A stretch of DNA of 64,000 nucleotides from Candidatus Iainarchaeum sp. Lineage in GTDB: Archaea > Iainarchaeota > Iainarchaeia > Iainarchaeales > JAFCCJ01. A model generated the notes under the pieces. The model was not told the DNA's origin. It was given only the letters and a program-made list of their open reading frames with translations, and ran no database searches. The DNA lies in NCBI GenBank assembly GCA_043816965.1, contig JBDRHK010000015.1, positions 3,548-67,547 of the forward strand. Direction: 5' to 3'. A program made the translations under genes and the position numbers. This document shows, piece by piece, positions 28,853 to 37,843 of the stretch; position 1 is the stretch's first letter; each line of letters opens with the position of its first letter.

Positions 28853-31210
28853 TTGATAGATAAATTGAAGGAAATTGTTTTGAGGGTCCAGGACCCTGAC
28901 CCAAGCCATGTGGGAAGAAATATTATTACCCTAGATAGGCAGTCCAAGGAAAAATTAGGGGTTACATCAGGAGACATAGTCGAGCTGGAAGGCTCAAGAA
29001 AAACCGCGGCAGTCATCTGGCCTGCAAGGCAGGAGGATGAGGGAAAGGACATTATTAGGATGGACAACCTCATAAGGCACAACTCGGGCATAGGTTTGGG
29101 GGAAAGAGTAAGGGTAAGGAGGGCGGCTTATACTGATGCAAAAAGGGTTGTTCTTGCGCCGACACAGGAGGTAAGGATTATTGCCTCAGGATATGACCGG
29201 ATATTGAAGAAAAATTTTATCGGCAGGCCATTGACAAAAGGGGACAATGTCTGGATTTCAGTTTTCGGCTCTGGCTTTGTTTATTCTGTTATTGACACAA
29301 ACCCGCGGGGAATAGTGAAGATTACTGATTTCACCCAATTTGTCCTGAAGCAGGAACCTGTCAAGGATGATTTGGCTGGAATTCCACGCATTGCTTATGA
29401 GGACATTGGCGGATTGGAGGCCCAGGTGCAAAAAGTCAGGGAAATGATAGAGCTTCCTATGCGCCATCCGGAAATTTTCAATAAGCTGGGCATTGCCCCC
29501 CCAAAAGGGGTTTTGCTGCATGGCCCCCCGGGAACCGGAAAAACCCTTTTGGCAAAAGCGGTTGCAAACGAAACCCAGGCACACTTTATTTCTGTTGCCT
29601 CGCCCTCAATAATGAGTAAATTTGTCGGGGAAGCGGAAGAGAGAATAAGGAAACATTTTAAGGATGCCGAGAAAAATGCCCCATCAATAATTTTCTTTGA
29701 TGAGATTGATGCAATTGCCCCAAAAAGGGATGAAGTGGTCGGCGAGGTTGAGAGAAGGGTTGTTGCCCAGATACTTTCCGCAATGGATGGCATGGAGGCA
29801 AGGGGAAATGTGATTGTAATTGCCGCCACAAACAGGCTTAATTCACTGGATGAGGCTTTGCGAAGGCCAGGAAGGTTTGACAGGGAGATTGAAATAGGGG
29901 TGCCTGATGTTACCGGAAGAAAAAAGATTATGCAGATTCACACAAGGGGAATGCCAATCGCTCCGCCATTGGAAAAGGAAAGCATTGACCATGCCCTTAC
30001 TAAAATAAAGGAAAATTATGCGTCTGAAACCACTAAAGAATTGCTTAAAAAGCTTTCAGAAACAAAAACAATGGATGAAAAGAGAAAGTTAATGTCTTCC
30101 TTGGATGAAAAATCCAGAAGCGATTTATCAAACCTGCTGGTATCTGTTTTTTTGGATGATTTGGCAGCCATAACCTATGGTTTTGTCGGGGCTGATTTGG
30201 AGGCCCTTGCAAAAGAGGCTGCGATGAAAGCCCTGAGAAGGTATCTTCCGAAAATACATCTGGAAGACGAAACAATCCCTCCCGAGGTATTGGAATCCCT
30301 TGAGGTAAACAGGAATGATTTCATGAATGCGCTTAAGGAGGTTCAGCCCTCGGCCCTGAGAGAGGTCGCAATAGAAATCCCCAATGTCAGGTGGAAGGAT
30401 ATAGGTGGGTTGAAAGAGGTTAAGCAGGAACTGCAACAGGCGGTTGAATGGCCGCTGAAGAAACCTGAAGCTTTCAAAAAATTAGGGATATCCCCGCCGA
30501 GGGGGGTTTTGCTTTACGGGCCGCCAGGATGCGGAAAAACAATTCTCGCGAAAGCGGTCGCAACAGAGAGTGAGGCAAATTTCATTTCAATCAAGGGCCC
30601 GCAGCTGATTTCAATGTGGGTCGGCGAGAGCGAAAAAGGAATCCGGAAGGTCTTCCATCGCGCAAGGCAGGTTTCCCCGTCAATAATTTTCTTTGATGAG
30701 ATTGATTCCATAGCCTCAAGGAGGGGAGGCAATCATGACGCAGGAACAGGGGAAAGGGTTGTTAACCAGCTGCTTACTGAATTGGACGGAATTGAAAACC
30801 TCAAAGATGTTGTTTTCATAGCCGCCACAAACAGGCCTGATTTGCTTGACCCTGGCCTGATTAGGCCTGGGAGGATTGATAAAGTTATAAGGGTCACCGC
30901 ACCCGACAAGGAGACTAGGCTTGCGATTCTTAAGGTGCATACAAAAGATGTCCCCTTGGCCAAGGACATATCCCTTGAGGAATTGGCAGATAAGACTGAA
31001 GGCTATAGCGGAGCCGATTTGGAAGGCGTGATAAAAGAGGCTGCGCTAATAGCGCTGCAGGAATCCAATTTCAAGGCAATTGTGGTCGATAAAAAGCATA
31101 TTGATGCCGCCCTTCTTAAAATAGTTCCAAGCATCAGCCAGGAAACAGCAGACGCATATGCTGCTTTCAGGACCCAGATGGCGGAATTCAAGCCAAGTTA
31201 TGCCAGATAG
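28853..31210 (+). CDS. cdc48: CDC48/VCP-like AAA+ ATPase (two AAA domains)
   Basis: N-domain ([21 protein letters not shown]...GDIVELEG). D1 [16 protein letters not shown] and D2 [16 protein letters not shown]. Likely TTG start at 28853 after agagggag and a TATA-like box at 28811-28825. The track start 28721 overlaps the previous gene. Ends with TAG. Confidence 0.9.
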   Translation: MIDKLKEIVLRVQDPDPSHVGRNIITLDRQSKEKLGVTSGDIVELEGSRKTAAVIWPARQEDEGKDIIRMDNLIRHNSGIGLGERVRVRRAAYTDAKRVVLAPTQEVRIIASGYDRILKKNFIGRPLTKGDNVWISVFGSGFVYSVIDTNPRGIVKITDFTQFVLKQEPVKDDLAGIPRIAYEDIGGLEAQVQKVREMIELPMRHPEIFNKLGIAPPKGVLLHGPPGTGKTLLAKAVANETQAHFISVASPSIMSKFVGEAEERIRKHFKDAEKNAPSIIFFDEIDAIAPKRDEVVGEVERRVVAQILSAMDGMEARGNVIVIAATNRLNSLDEALRRPGRFDREIEIGVPDVTGRKKIMQIHTRGMPIAPPLEKESIDHALTKIKENYASETTKELLKKLSETKTMDEKRKLMSSLDEKSRSDLSNLLVSVFLDDLAAITYGFVGADLEALAKEAAMKALRRYLPKIHLEDETIPPEVLESLEVNRNDFMNALKEVQPSALREVAIEIPNVRWKDIGGLKEVKQELQQAVEWPLKKPEAFKKLGISPPRGVLLYGPPGCGKTILAKAVATESEANFISIKGPQLISMWVGESEKGIRKVFHRARQVSPSIIFFDEIDSIASRRGGNHDAGTGERVVNQLLTELDGIENLKDVVFIAATNRPDLLDPGLIRPGRIDKVIRVTAPDKETRLAILKVHTKDVPLAKDISLEELADKTEGYSGADLEGVIKEAALIALQESNFKAIVVDKKHIDAALLKIVPSISQETADAYAAFRTQMAEFKPSYAR

Positions 31211-31216
31211 GCTGTT

Positions 31217-31837
31217 TCAGAATATTGGCTGCAGGATTAAAAAATAAATCCACGGGGCAAACACACCTATTGCGGCAATCGCCATTGCCACCCCCCAAAC
31301 AGGAATGCTCCATGTAAAAACCTTGGAGCCATCCAAAGGCCCAATAGGGAGAAGATTGAACAGGGCGAGGAAGAAATTTATCATTGCCGAATAAGAGAAA
31401 ATGTCTGACACCAAATCCGTCGGCTTAAACACGGCAAGCAGGATAAGGAACATGAATGCCACAACAATATTTGTGGCAGCACCGGCAACAGAAATTAGCC
31501 CATTTTGCTCCCTTGTTATATGGCTGCCAGATATGTAAACTGCGCCAGGTGCGGCAAACAAAAACCTTCCAAAAGTTATCAGCGGAAGGAGTATTGTGAA
31601 AAGCAATCCTGTTGTCCATGCCCTGTATTCTGCGTTAAGCCCATAATATTTGGCAACCTGCCTGTGCGCAAGCTCATGCAAAATAAAGCCAGTTCCAACC
31701 CCGACCAGTGCGATGGGAAGTTTTTCCCCAAAATCACCAAAATTCAGAAATTCCGACAGCACCCATGCAAACCCAAGGCTGATGGTTAACCATGAAATGA
31801 TTAAATCGTTTCTTTCCCTGGATTCCAAAACAACCAC
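31217..31837 (-). CDS. M50 (site-2 protease) family membrane metalloprotease
   Basis: HELAHRQVAKYYG (HExxH) and NLLPIGPLDGSKV (NxxPxxxLDG) within TM helices. Confidence 0.8.
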   Translation of the reverse strand: MVVLESRERNDLIISWLTISLGFAWVLSEFLNFGDFGEKLPIALVGVGTGFILHELAHRQVAKYYGLNAEYRAWTTGLLFTILLPLITFGRFLFAAPGAVYISGSHITREQNGLISVAGAATNIVVAFMFLILLAVFKPTDLVSDIFSYSAMINFFLALFNLLPIGPLDGSKVFTWSIPVWGVAMAIAAIGVFAPWIYFLILQPIF

Positions 31838-31934
31838 CTAAAAGCAGTAATTATTTGTTATCGGCATCACTTAAATAAGCTTTAGGTCTGTTTATCGCCC
31901 CTTTTTGCGTACTAATTTCTTTAAATATAAATAT

Positions 31935-31946
31935 CGTCAATCAACG
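31935..31946 (+). promoter_or_regulatory. Degenerate copy (CGTCAATCAACG) of the CGTCAATTGACG motif abutting the TATA box of the second pilin-like cluster
   Basis: atatcgtcaatcaacgtaatatttaag, with ATG 31982 about 24 nt after the TATA-like aatatttaag. Confidence 0.35.
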
Positions 31947-31981
31947 TAATATTTAAGTTATTTTCCCAGCACCATTATTGC

Positions 31982-32554
31982 ATGAATCCCCGAGGAATTT
32001 TCTCCTTCATATTGGTTTTGCTCTTCATCCAGCTAATTGTTGTTTCTGCAGGAATCAATTCCTCAACCAGCAGGGAAATTGGGGAAGCCATAAACACCCT
32101 CATTGAACTTGAAAACTCCTCCCTGAAAAGGGCCGAGCTGGAGCAGAATCTGGATTTCCTGATAAAAAAGGCTGTTGAGAGGGAGGTTTTCTTTGGAAAT
32201 TCCGAGCCTGAGTTGATTGAGCAGAAACTAAACCATGAAATTGATTCCTTTGTTTCCCAAACTGAAAGCATTTACGGTGCAAGCCCGAAAATGGAATTCA
32301 ATTTAGTTCAGGATTTCCAAAGATTGAAAATTCCCCAAAAAAAGGCCCGCAGGAAACTGGGAAAAGGGGAGCTGCACAACTACTTCAATGTAATGGTTCT
32401 GAACCTTGAGGAAAATATTTTCATCGTGGAATTTGATTATTCCGGGGGCCTGATGAAAGACCATCGCTTCTTTGCGGTAATTTCCTCTCCAAAAACCGAG
32501 CAGTTGTTTGAGATTCCGGCAGGATACACGCAAATCATTACGGTGGTTAGATGA
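31982..32554 (+). CDS. Pilin-like protein (class III signal peptide-like N-terminus)
   Basis: MNPRG/IFSFILVLLFIQLIVVSAG. Confidence 0.5.
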   Translation: MNPRGIFSFILVLLFIQLIVVSAGINSSTSREIGEAINTLIELENSSLKRAELEQNLDFLIKKAVEREVFFGNSEPELIEQKLNHEIDSFVSQTESIYGASPKMEFNLVQDFQRLKIPQKKARRKLGKGELHNYFNVMVLNLEENIFIVEFDYSGGLMKDHRFFAVISSPKTEQLFEIPAGYTQIITVVR

Positions 32555-32892
32555 TAAGTATTGAGGCGATGATTTGCTTCCTTGTGTTTGTAATACTTCT
32601 CGGAATTATTGCCGCAGGAATTGGGGAACAGATTCAATTGTTTGATTTTTCATCAGGCGCATTCATTGCAAGAAATGAATCAGAAAAATGCGCGGTTCTT
32701 GTTGATGCCCTCTATTCGAATGGAGGGGGGACACTGAATGAAAACAAATTTGGCTGCTTTATTTCGGAAAACGGGATTTCCTCAAAGTTTGGGGATTGGG
32801 AAAAGGCATCCCTCACTGTAAGCAATTCTGCAGTGCAGGTTGAGGGGGATTTAAGCATGATTGAGGTTAATGGGGATGGCCATTATAGGTGA
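32551..32892 (+). CDS. Pilin-like small protein (very short leader)
   Basis: MISIEAMICFLVFVILLGIIAAGI: x-S-x-E followed by a hydrophobic helix. ATGA overlap with the upstream gene. Confidence 0.4.
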   Translation: MISIEAMICFLVFVILLGIIAAGIGEQIQLFDFSSGAFIARNESEKCAVLVDALYSNGGGTLNENKFGCFISENGISSKFGDWEKASLTVSNSAVQVEGDLSMIEVNGDGHYR

Positions 32893-33361
32893 GAGGGGCC
32901 TTATATTCAGCCTGGATTTGGCTGTGGCGGTGATGGTTATGTTTGCGATTGCCTTTCTCATACTCCTGCATTCAGCCTCACTAATCGAAAATAACGCTTC
33001 CCTCCAAAACAGGCTCTCTTTGGAAAGAAAGGCAATCTATCTTGCGGATTCCCTTGTAAAAAACCGGAGTCCTGAAAATCCGCTTTTAGGGTCGGCCAGT
33101 TACAATCCTCTCCTGAAAAGGGTGGAAACAAACAAAATTGATTATTCACTACTCAAATCAATTTCAGATAAAAATTTTGGCCTTAATGGAATTTCAATTT
33201 CACTTTTGGAAATCGAATACAAAAACAGGGAAAAGGAAAAAATAATTGAAAACCCCCTTTCTGGCGAATGCATCTCAGTTGAAAGATTTGTCCTGATGCA
33301 AAAAATCTTGCCTGAAAAGGCATTGTTAAGGCTGGTGGTGTGTGATGCATCTCTCAACTGA
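32861..33361 (+). CDS. Pilin-like protein (class III signal peptide)
   Basis: ...IIGERG/LIFSLDLAVAVMVMFAIAFLIL. Confidence 0.55.
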   Translation: MRLMGMAIIGERGLIFSLDLAVAVMVMFAIAFLILLHSASLIENNASLQNRLSLERKAIYLADSLVKNRSPENPLLGSASYNPLLKRVETNKIDYSLLKSISDKNFGLNGISISLLEIEYKNREKEKIIENPLSGECISVERFVLMQKILPEKALLRLVVCDASLN

Positions 33362-33686
33362 GGCCCTATTTTCCCTCTTTCTGCTTTGCTCAGTCCTGCT
33401 GCTCCCAGCCTCCTTTTCCAGCCCATCCTATTCCGAGGTGCTGCTTGTGCAGAAGGGGAATGACCTATTGGCGGTATGGATGATGCAGCGCTCATTTTCG
33501 CAGAGGGAAATCCTTTCTGACATCCAATTGGTTTTTCCCATGCATGCTGTTCTTGTTGAAATTGACGGAAGTGAATACTGGCACAATAAAAGAAATTTTG
33601 CGGGAATGGACGCAACGTCCTCATCAATATTTTTTCTTGATGATTCCCTCCAGCTGAAAGAATTAAGGCTCACCATTTACCACTGA
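33342..33686 (+). CDS. Pilin-like small protein (short leader)
   Basis: MMHLSTEALFSLFLLCSVLLL. Confidence 0.4.
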   Translation: MMHLSTEALFSLFLLCSVLLLPASFSSPSYSEVLLVQKGNDLLAVWMMQRSFSQREILSDIQLVFPMHAVLVEIDGSEYWHNKRNFAGMDATSSSIFFLDDSLQLKELRLTIYH

Positions 33687-34076
33687 AACTTTCCCGGAAT
33701 TTTTTTCCAGTTTCAGCCTGATTTCATTTTCGGCCCTGAAAGGTAAAAGGGAAAAATTTGCATTCACTTCCCTCTCGAGTTTCTTCCCTCTCCCAAGTTC
33801 TGAACTTTCAACTATCAGGATTAATTTCATGTTCTCGTTTTTGAGTTCCCATTGATTTATCACGTTAGAGGAAATTTGGAGGGAACTTCCATCACCAAGG
33901 ACATTCATCCTCTCTATCCCCAATTTTAAATCATCAATAAAGTGCTCGGCATTCCTCACATCCAGGCCAAACTTGGCGGCCTGGACAGTATTGTTTATCG
34001 CAGGAACAAGGAAAAGCAGGCAGGAAAAGAATGCGGCCAGAAGTATGATATATTCCAGGCTTAGTTGTCCGCGCAT
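33663..34076 (-). CDS. Pilin-like protein (class III signal peptide)
   Basis: MRG/QLSLEYIILLAAFFSCLLFLV. Confidence 0.6.
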   Translation of the reverse strand: MRGQLSLEYIILLAAFFSCLLFLVPAINNTVQAAKFGLDVRNAEHFIDDLKLGIERMNVLGDGSSLQISSNVINQWELKNENMKLILIVESSELGRGKKLEREVNANFSLLPFRAENEIRLKLEKNSGKVSVVNGEP

Positions 34077-34247
34077 TCAGATATCCTCAATCTGCTCGAA
34101 TATTTCGCTTGTTTTGTTGTCGATTACCTTTGCCCCCTCCTCGGTTGTTTTCTGGAGCTGGCTTACGAGAAGCAAAACTATCGCAACAACCGCGGCAAGG
34201 ACAATAATCATTTCCACAGAAATCTGCGCTTTTTCCTCATAAAACAT
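34077..34247 (-). CDS. Small (56 aa) pilin with class III signal peptide, not in the ORF track
   Basis: Hand translation: MFYEEKA/QISVEMIIVLAAVVAIVLLLVSQLQKTTEEGAKVIDNKTSEIFEQIEDI*. The stop abuts the ATG of 33663..34076. Confidence 0.6.
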   Translation of the reverse strand: MFYEEKAQISVEMIIVLAAVVAIVLLLVSQLQKTTEEGAKVIDNKTSEIFEQIEDI

Positions 34248-34282
34248 AAGGAAATGATGAAGGGAAGTTATTTTAAATATTA

Positions 34283-34294
34283 CGTCAATTGACG
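34283..34294. promoter_or_regulatory. Palindrome CGTCAATTGACG abutting the TATA box of small-pilin gene 34077..34247
   Basis: On the minus strand: atattcgtcaattgacgtaatatttaaaa, then 23 nt, then ATG 34247. Confidence 0.45.
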
Positions 34295-34316
34295 AATATA
34301 ATCAATTGCCCTTTTT

Positions 34317-34345
34317 TGCCTAGGGTTTCGGAAGGCATAAATACC
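34317..34345 (+). promoter_or_regulatory. Promoter copy 1: tgcctagggtttcggaaggcataaatacc
   Basis: 26/29 identical to 34763-34791. The TATA-like ataaata lies ~25 nt before ATG 34368. Confidence 0.5.
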
Positions 34346-34367
34346 AGTTTGGGCTTATTTGTGAGTT

Positions 34368-34679
34368 ATGGATATTACTTCAGTATGTATTTTTTTCTCA
34401 GCTATCGTGAGCATAATTTTTTTGATTAGCGGAATTCTTATTATTATTTTTAGTAAAAAATGTGCAGATTTTATTGTAAGATTTGAAATAGGATTGCCAG
34501 ATTTCCTGCCACCTAAAATTATTTATAACACTGTTTTCAATAGTGATGAAAAAAGTTATGGGTCTTTTAGAAGGATTATTTTTATTTTGCTCGGTCTTTT
34601 TTTAATTATTGGTTCCCTTTTGAACTTTTTAGTTTGGAGTTTTTTGTTTTGTGGGCTATTTCCCCCACTCACTCTGTAA
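34368..34679 (+). CDS. Hypothetical small membrane protein
   Basis: Three hydrophobic helices in an AT-rich gene. Confidence 0.4.
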   Translation: MDITSVCIFFSAIVSIIFLISGILIIIFSKKCADFIVRFEIGLPDFLPPKIIYNTVFNSDEKSYGSFRRIIFILLGLFLIIGSLLNFLVWSFLFCGLFPPLTL

Positions 34680-34762
34680 AGGTCTTTTTGCTCAACCCCC
34701 CACACCCCGAAAGGGTTGGTGGCTGCCTGAAGATGGATTTTGCACAAAAAGGGAGCTGGCGC

Positions 34763-34791
34763 TGCCCAGGGTTTCGGAAGTAATAAATACC
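34763..34791 (+). promoter_or_regulatory. Promoter copy 2: tgcccagggtttcggaagtaataaatacc
   Basis: See copy 1. The TATA-like box lies ~23 nt before ATG 34812. Confidence 0.5.
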
Positions 34792-34811
34792 GTCACGAAC
34801 TTAAATTATGC

Positions 34812-35828
34812 ATGGTTAGTAAAAGGAAATTTCTATCTGTGCCATTAGATGCTTTAAAAAGGGCGAGAGCAAAAACAAGAACTGCTGAAAAATCATCCTC
34901 TCCAAATCAACCAAAAAAGAAATTTTCGAGAAGGAAAATGCTTGGTTTATTGGGAACTGGTGCCGCAGCAGGTACTGGATTTTACCTATCCCGAAAAAAA
35001 AGATATTTTGGGGTTTTAAAGTTTTTAGGCAGGGAATGGCCCTATTCAGTAAAGCTTTTTTTTAGTTCACATGGGGAAAGAAATAATGCACAAAAAATTT
35101 TAGAGGAGTTAGATAAATCCAAAAAGAAAGGAAGAAAATATGACCTCGTTTTTTTGGAGGGCCCCATTAGTGAAGAAATGAAAAAACAATTTATGAATGG
35201 TTTTTCAAGAATTCGAAGTAACTATTTAAGTGGAAAATATCGGGATGAAAAGGGGATTCAATCTGATCTTCAAAAAGAGTATGGTAAACTGGTTCCTTTT
35301 CCTGAATTTACCGTTGAATTGTTTGCCGGATGTATAAAAAGAGGAGTATCTATTGAGCCTATCGAGGTTTATTCTCCTAACAGGTTTGTAAAATTGACTA
35401 GTCATGAATTGTATAAGGATGACTCTCTTCGAAATTATAGAAAAATTCCAAAAACTGATATTGAATCAAAAAAGAAAGCTGCAATGGAATACTTAGTTGC
35501 CAGAACAAATTATTTAAGATTTAGAAATAAAATGATTGAAATAACTTTAGAAGATAAAGTAAAAGAAAGATTTAAATCTTTAAAGGTTAAAGATGGAAGA
35601 TTAACTGATATGCTTTTTGTTGGAGCAGATCATCAGTCACTTTCAGATACCTTTGCTAAAAAAAGAAGCTGGGATTTAGATTATGAATTTGAGAGTGTTT
35701 TGCCCTCTAGATTTGAGACAGTATTTAAGCAAACCTTGTTAAGAATGGTTGAAGATCCAAAGTATGTTCCCAGTGAAAGAGATTTGGAAAAAATAATGAA
35801 CTATCTGGATATGGGACATGACTTGTAA
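34812..35828 (+). CDS. Hypothetical protein with N-terminal RR-containing signal/anchor (weak TraB/GumN/TIKI-like motif pattern)
   Basis: FSRRKMLGLLGTGAAAGTGFYL (Tat-like RR plus hydrophobic stretch). FFSSHGE...DLVFLEG...LFVGADHQ loosely recalls the TraB/TIKI GxxH..E..GxxH pattern. The track start 34740 lies inside the promoter copy. Confidence 0.35.
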   Translation: MVSKRKFLSVPLDALKRARAKTRTAEKSSSPNQPKKKFSRRKMLGLLGTGAAAGTGFYLSRKKRYFGVLKFLGREWPYSVKLFFSSHGERNNAQKILEELDKSKKKGRKYDLVFLEGPISEEMKKQFMNGFSRIRSNYLSGKYRDEKGIQSDLQKEYGKLVPFPEFTVELFAGCIKRGVSIEPIEVYSPNRFVKLTSHELYKDDSLRNYRKIPKTDIESKKKAAMEYLVARTNYLRFRNKMIEITLEDKVKERFKSLKVKDGRLTDMLFVGADHQSLSDTFAKKRSWDLDYEFESVLPSRFETVFKQTLLRMVEDPKYVPSERDLEKIMNYLDMGHDL

Positions 35829-35897
35829 AAAGATATTCAGGTAATTCATCTAAGTAATCTAATCATATTGCCCCTGGTTCAAACCCCCCACAGCCAG

Positions 35898-36602
35898 TTA
35901 CCCCTTCCTCTTCCTAATTAAAACCGCCGCGAAAAAGCCCACAATAAGTGCGGTTGCGACTATTGGGATAAGGAACAAAATTGCCTGCTCAAAAGTAATT
36001 ATCGGGTCTGTGGGGATATCGGTCCACATTACCTGTTTATCTTCAGGAACCAGATTTTCCCCGGCCTTCCCTATCTCATCTTCCCTTTCAGCAGCTGGTT
36101 TTGGCTCCTCCCCGCCTGCCACAGTGGTTCCTCCTCCGGAATCGACTAAATCCTTATCAGCCACAGGTGCCACAATATTGTCCACCCCGCCATCACCGAA
36201 CATTTGAGGAGGGGCCATTGTTTCAGAGGATGCAAGTGTGCCTGTTGACATATAATAAATTCCAAAACTGCTTGCAAACAAAAGCAAAAATCCAACCAAT
36301 GCAATTGCCGAGATTGAAAGAACTATCAGTATTGTTGTATCGCTCTCATCCCCCTCAAGAAGGTTCTTCCCCTTCCTTGTGAGCGTATAATACTTCCATT
36401 TTCTCCCCTCATCAATCTGCTCAATAATCTCTGACTTAAGGAGAATGTCCAAATGCTGCTTAATGCTGGGAGAAGCCATCTCCATTTTAGAGGCAATTTC
36501 AGTAAGTGTGTGGTTCCTCTCCTTTAGCAGCTTAATTATTTGCACCCTGGTATCAGAACTCAGGGCCTTGAATTCTGTTGATGAAAGTGTCAGTTCAGCC
36601 AT
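35898..36602 (-). CDS. ArsR-family wHTH regulator fused to TM segments (membrane-anchored)
   Basis: FKALSSDTRVQIIKLLKERNHTLTEIASKMEMASPSIKQHLDILLKSEIIEQ...KYYTLTRKG, followed by two TM helices flanking an acidic/Gly-rich loop. Confidence 0.75.
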   Translation of the reverse strand: MAELTLSSTEFKALSSDTRVQIIKLLKERNHTLTEIASKMEMASPSIKQHLDILLKSEIIEQIDEGRKWKYYTLTRKGKNLLEGDESDTTILIVLSISAIALVGFLLLFASSFGIYYMSTGTLASSETMAPPQMFGDGGVDNIVAPVADKDLVDSGGGTTVAGGEEPKPAAEREDEIGKAGENLVPEDKQVMWTDIPTDPIITFEQAILFLIPIVATALIVGFFAAVLIRKRKG

Positions 36603-36612
36603 GCAAATCACA

Positions 36613-36675
36613 TAGTTAGCTAATTACATAACTATCCTTTTTAAGCTTTAAATAGCTTTCATTTTAGTTAGCTAA
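36613..36675. promoter_or_regulatory. Two exact copies of TAGTTAGCTAA (core palindrome TTAGCTAA) in the divergent ArsR/membrane-protein intergenic region
   Basis: Copies at 36613-36623 and 36665-36675, spaced 52 bp apart. Confidence 0.5.
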
Positions 36676-36728
36676 CCGGCTTTCTGAAAGGATTAAATAC
36701 TCGAATGGAGTAATAAATTAGGGTCAAA

Positions 36729-37562
36729 ATGGTTGATTTGAACACTCTGAATGTGGAGCAAATAGCTACGGATAGCGTAAACTACATCCAGAACAACTTT
36801 ATCCCCAGTGTTTTTGCCCTTGACCCGGGTGCGATTGCAATAGTGGGGATTGCGGCATTAATCCTGATTGCAATTATATTCAAAACAAGCCAGATTCTTT
36901 TCACCTTGGTAAAAAAATTATTCCTCCTTATAATTGTCGGCTTCTCCCTTTTCTTTTTCATTTCAACTTTTGGGGAAAAGCTTCTGGCCGAAGGCTTTAG
37001 TGGCCAACTAATAATAGTTGGTGTTGTGGGCATTTCCCTGGGGTTGGTTGCACTTGTAATGGCTCTTCTCTCTGCGCACAGGCACACAAAAAGTGCAATT
37101 GCCGGAAGCAGGTCTGAGGTGTTTGAGGAAAAAGTGGCGAAAGAAAAGAAGGAACCGCTGCAAGAGGGCAAAACAACATTTTCTGCCAGCGGCTTCCTGG
37201 ACTCAATGCAGAACGACAGGAGCATTCTTGCGGTTTTGAGCTATGTGATTATCGCCCAGTTTGGCGTTTTCAGTTCAGTTACCCTTGCCGCCCCAAATTC
37301 AACAACAGGAATGGTGCTTGCTGCCGTTTTCTTTATCGGGGCATTTATTTTCATAAAGAGCTCATACCACAACTATCTCACAGGGGTAAAGCATCTCCTG
37401 ATTGCTGCGGCATTTGCCCTGGTCCTTTCTGTCGTGCTTGGGCTTTACTGGGCCGAGATTCCACAGGATATTTTGTTTTCAATAGAATATTTCGCATCGC
37501 CCTCGATGATTGCATTTGCAACAAGCATAGCGGTAAGCCTCTTGATGGGAAGCAAGGAGTGA
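36729..37562 (+). CDS. Hypothetical polytopic membrane protein
   Basis: Seven or more hydrophobic helices. Divergent from the ArsR-like gene. Confidence 0.4.
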   Translation: MVDLNTLNVEQIATDSVNYIQNNFIPSVFALDPGAIAIVGIAALILIAIIFKTSQILFTLVKKLFLLIIVGFSLFFFISTFGEKLLAEGFSGQLIIVGVVGISLGLVALVMALLSAHRHTKSAIAGSRSEVFEEKVAKEKKEPLQEGKTTFSASGFLDSMQNDRSILAVLSYVIIAQFGVFSSVTLAAPNSTTGMVLAAVFFIGAFIFIKSSYHNYLTGVKHLLIAAAFALVLSVVLGLYWAEIPQDILFSIEYFASPSMIAFATSIAVSLLMGSKE

Positions 37563-37843
37563 TTCAAATGCCCCTTGATGTTGGATGGCCTGGTGGCAAG
37601 AAGAAGGCAAAGAAGCATGAAAACCAGGTTATGGCCGACTCTGGAAAGGAAAAGATTGAAGAGATTCTTATCAGCTCATTAAAGAAGGAAATTGGCGGGG
37701 ATAATGTATTTTTCCTAATTAAAATGGAGCCGACAAATGTGGGGTGGCGTGCGGAAGTGAAAATAAACAACGCCCTGTATGAAATAAAACTCAACAAGTT
37801 TGGCGAACTCATGAGCTATAGTGAAATTTCAAAAGCTAAGTGA
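37559..37843 (+). CDS. Hypothetical small protein
   Basis: ORF with ATGA-type overlap to the upstream gene. Weak PepSY-like feel only. Confidence 0.3.
   Translation: MIQMPLDVGWPGGKKKAKKHENQVMADSGKEKIEEILISSLKKEIGGDNVFFLIKMEPTNVGWRAEVKINNALYEIKLNKFGELMSYSEISKAK

Noticed and set aside
35871-35897. tRNA-like T-arm (ggttcaaacccc)
   Set aside because: The flanking sequence cannot form acceptor, D or anticodon stems, and the putative T-stem halves are not complementary.
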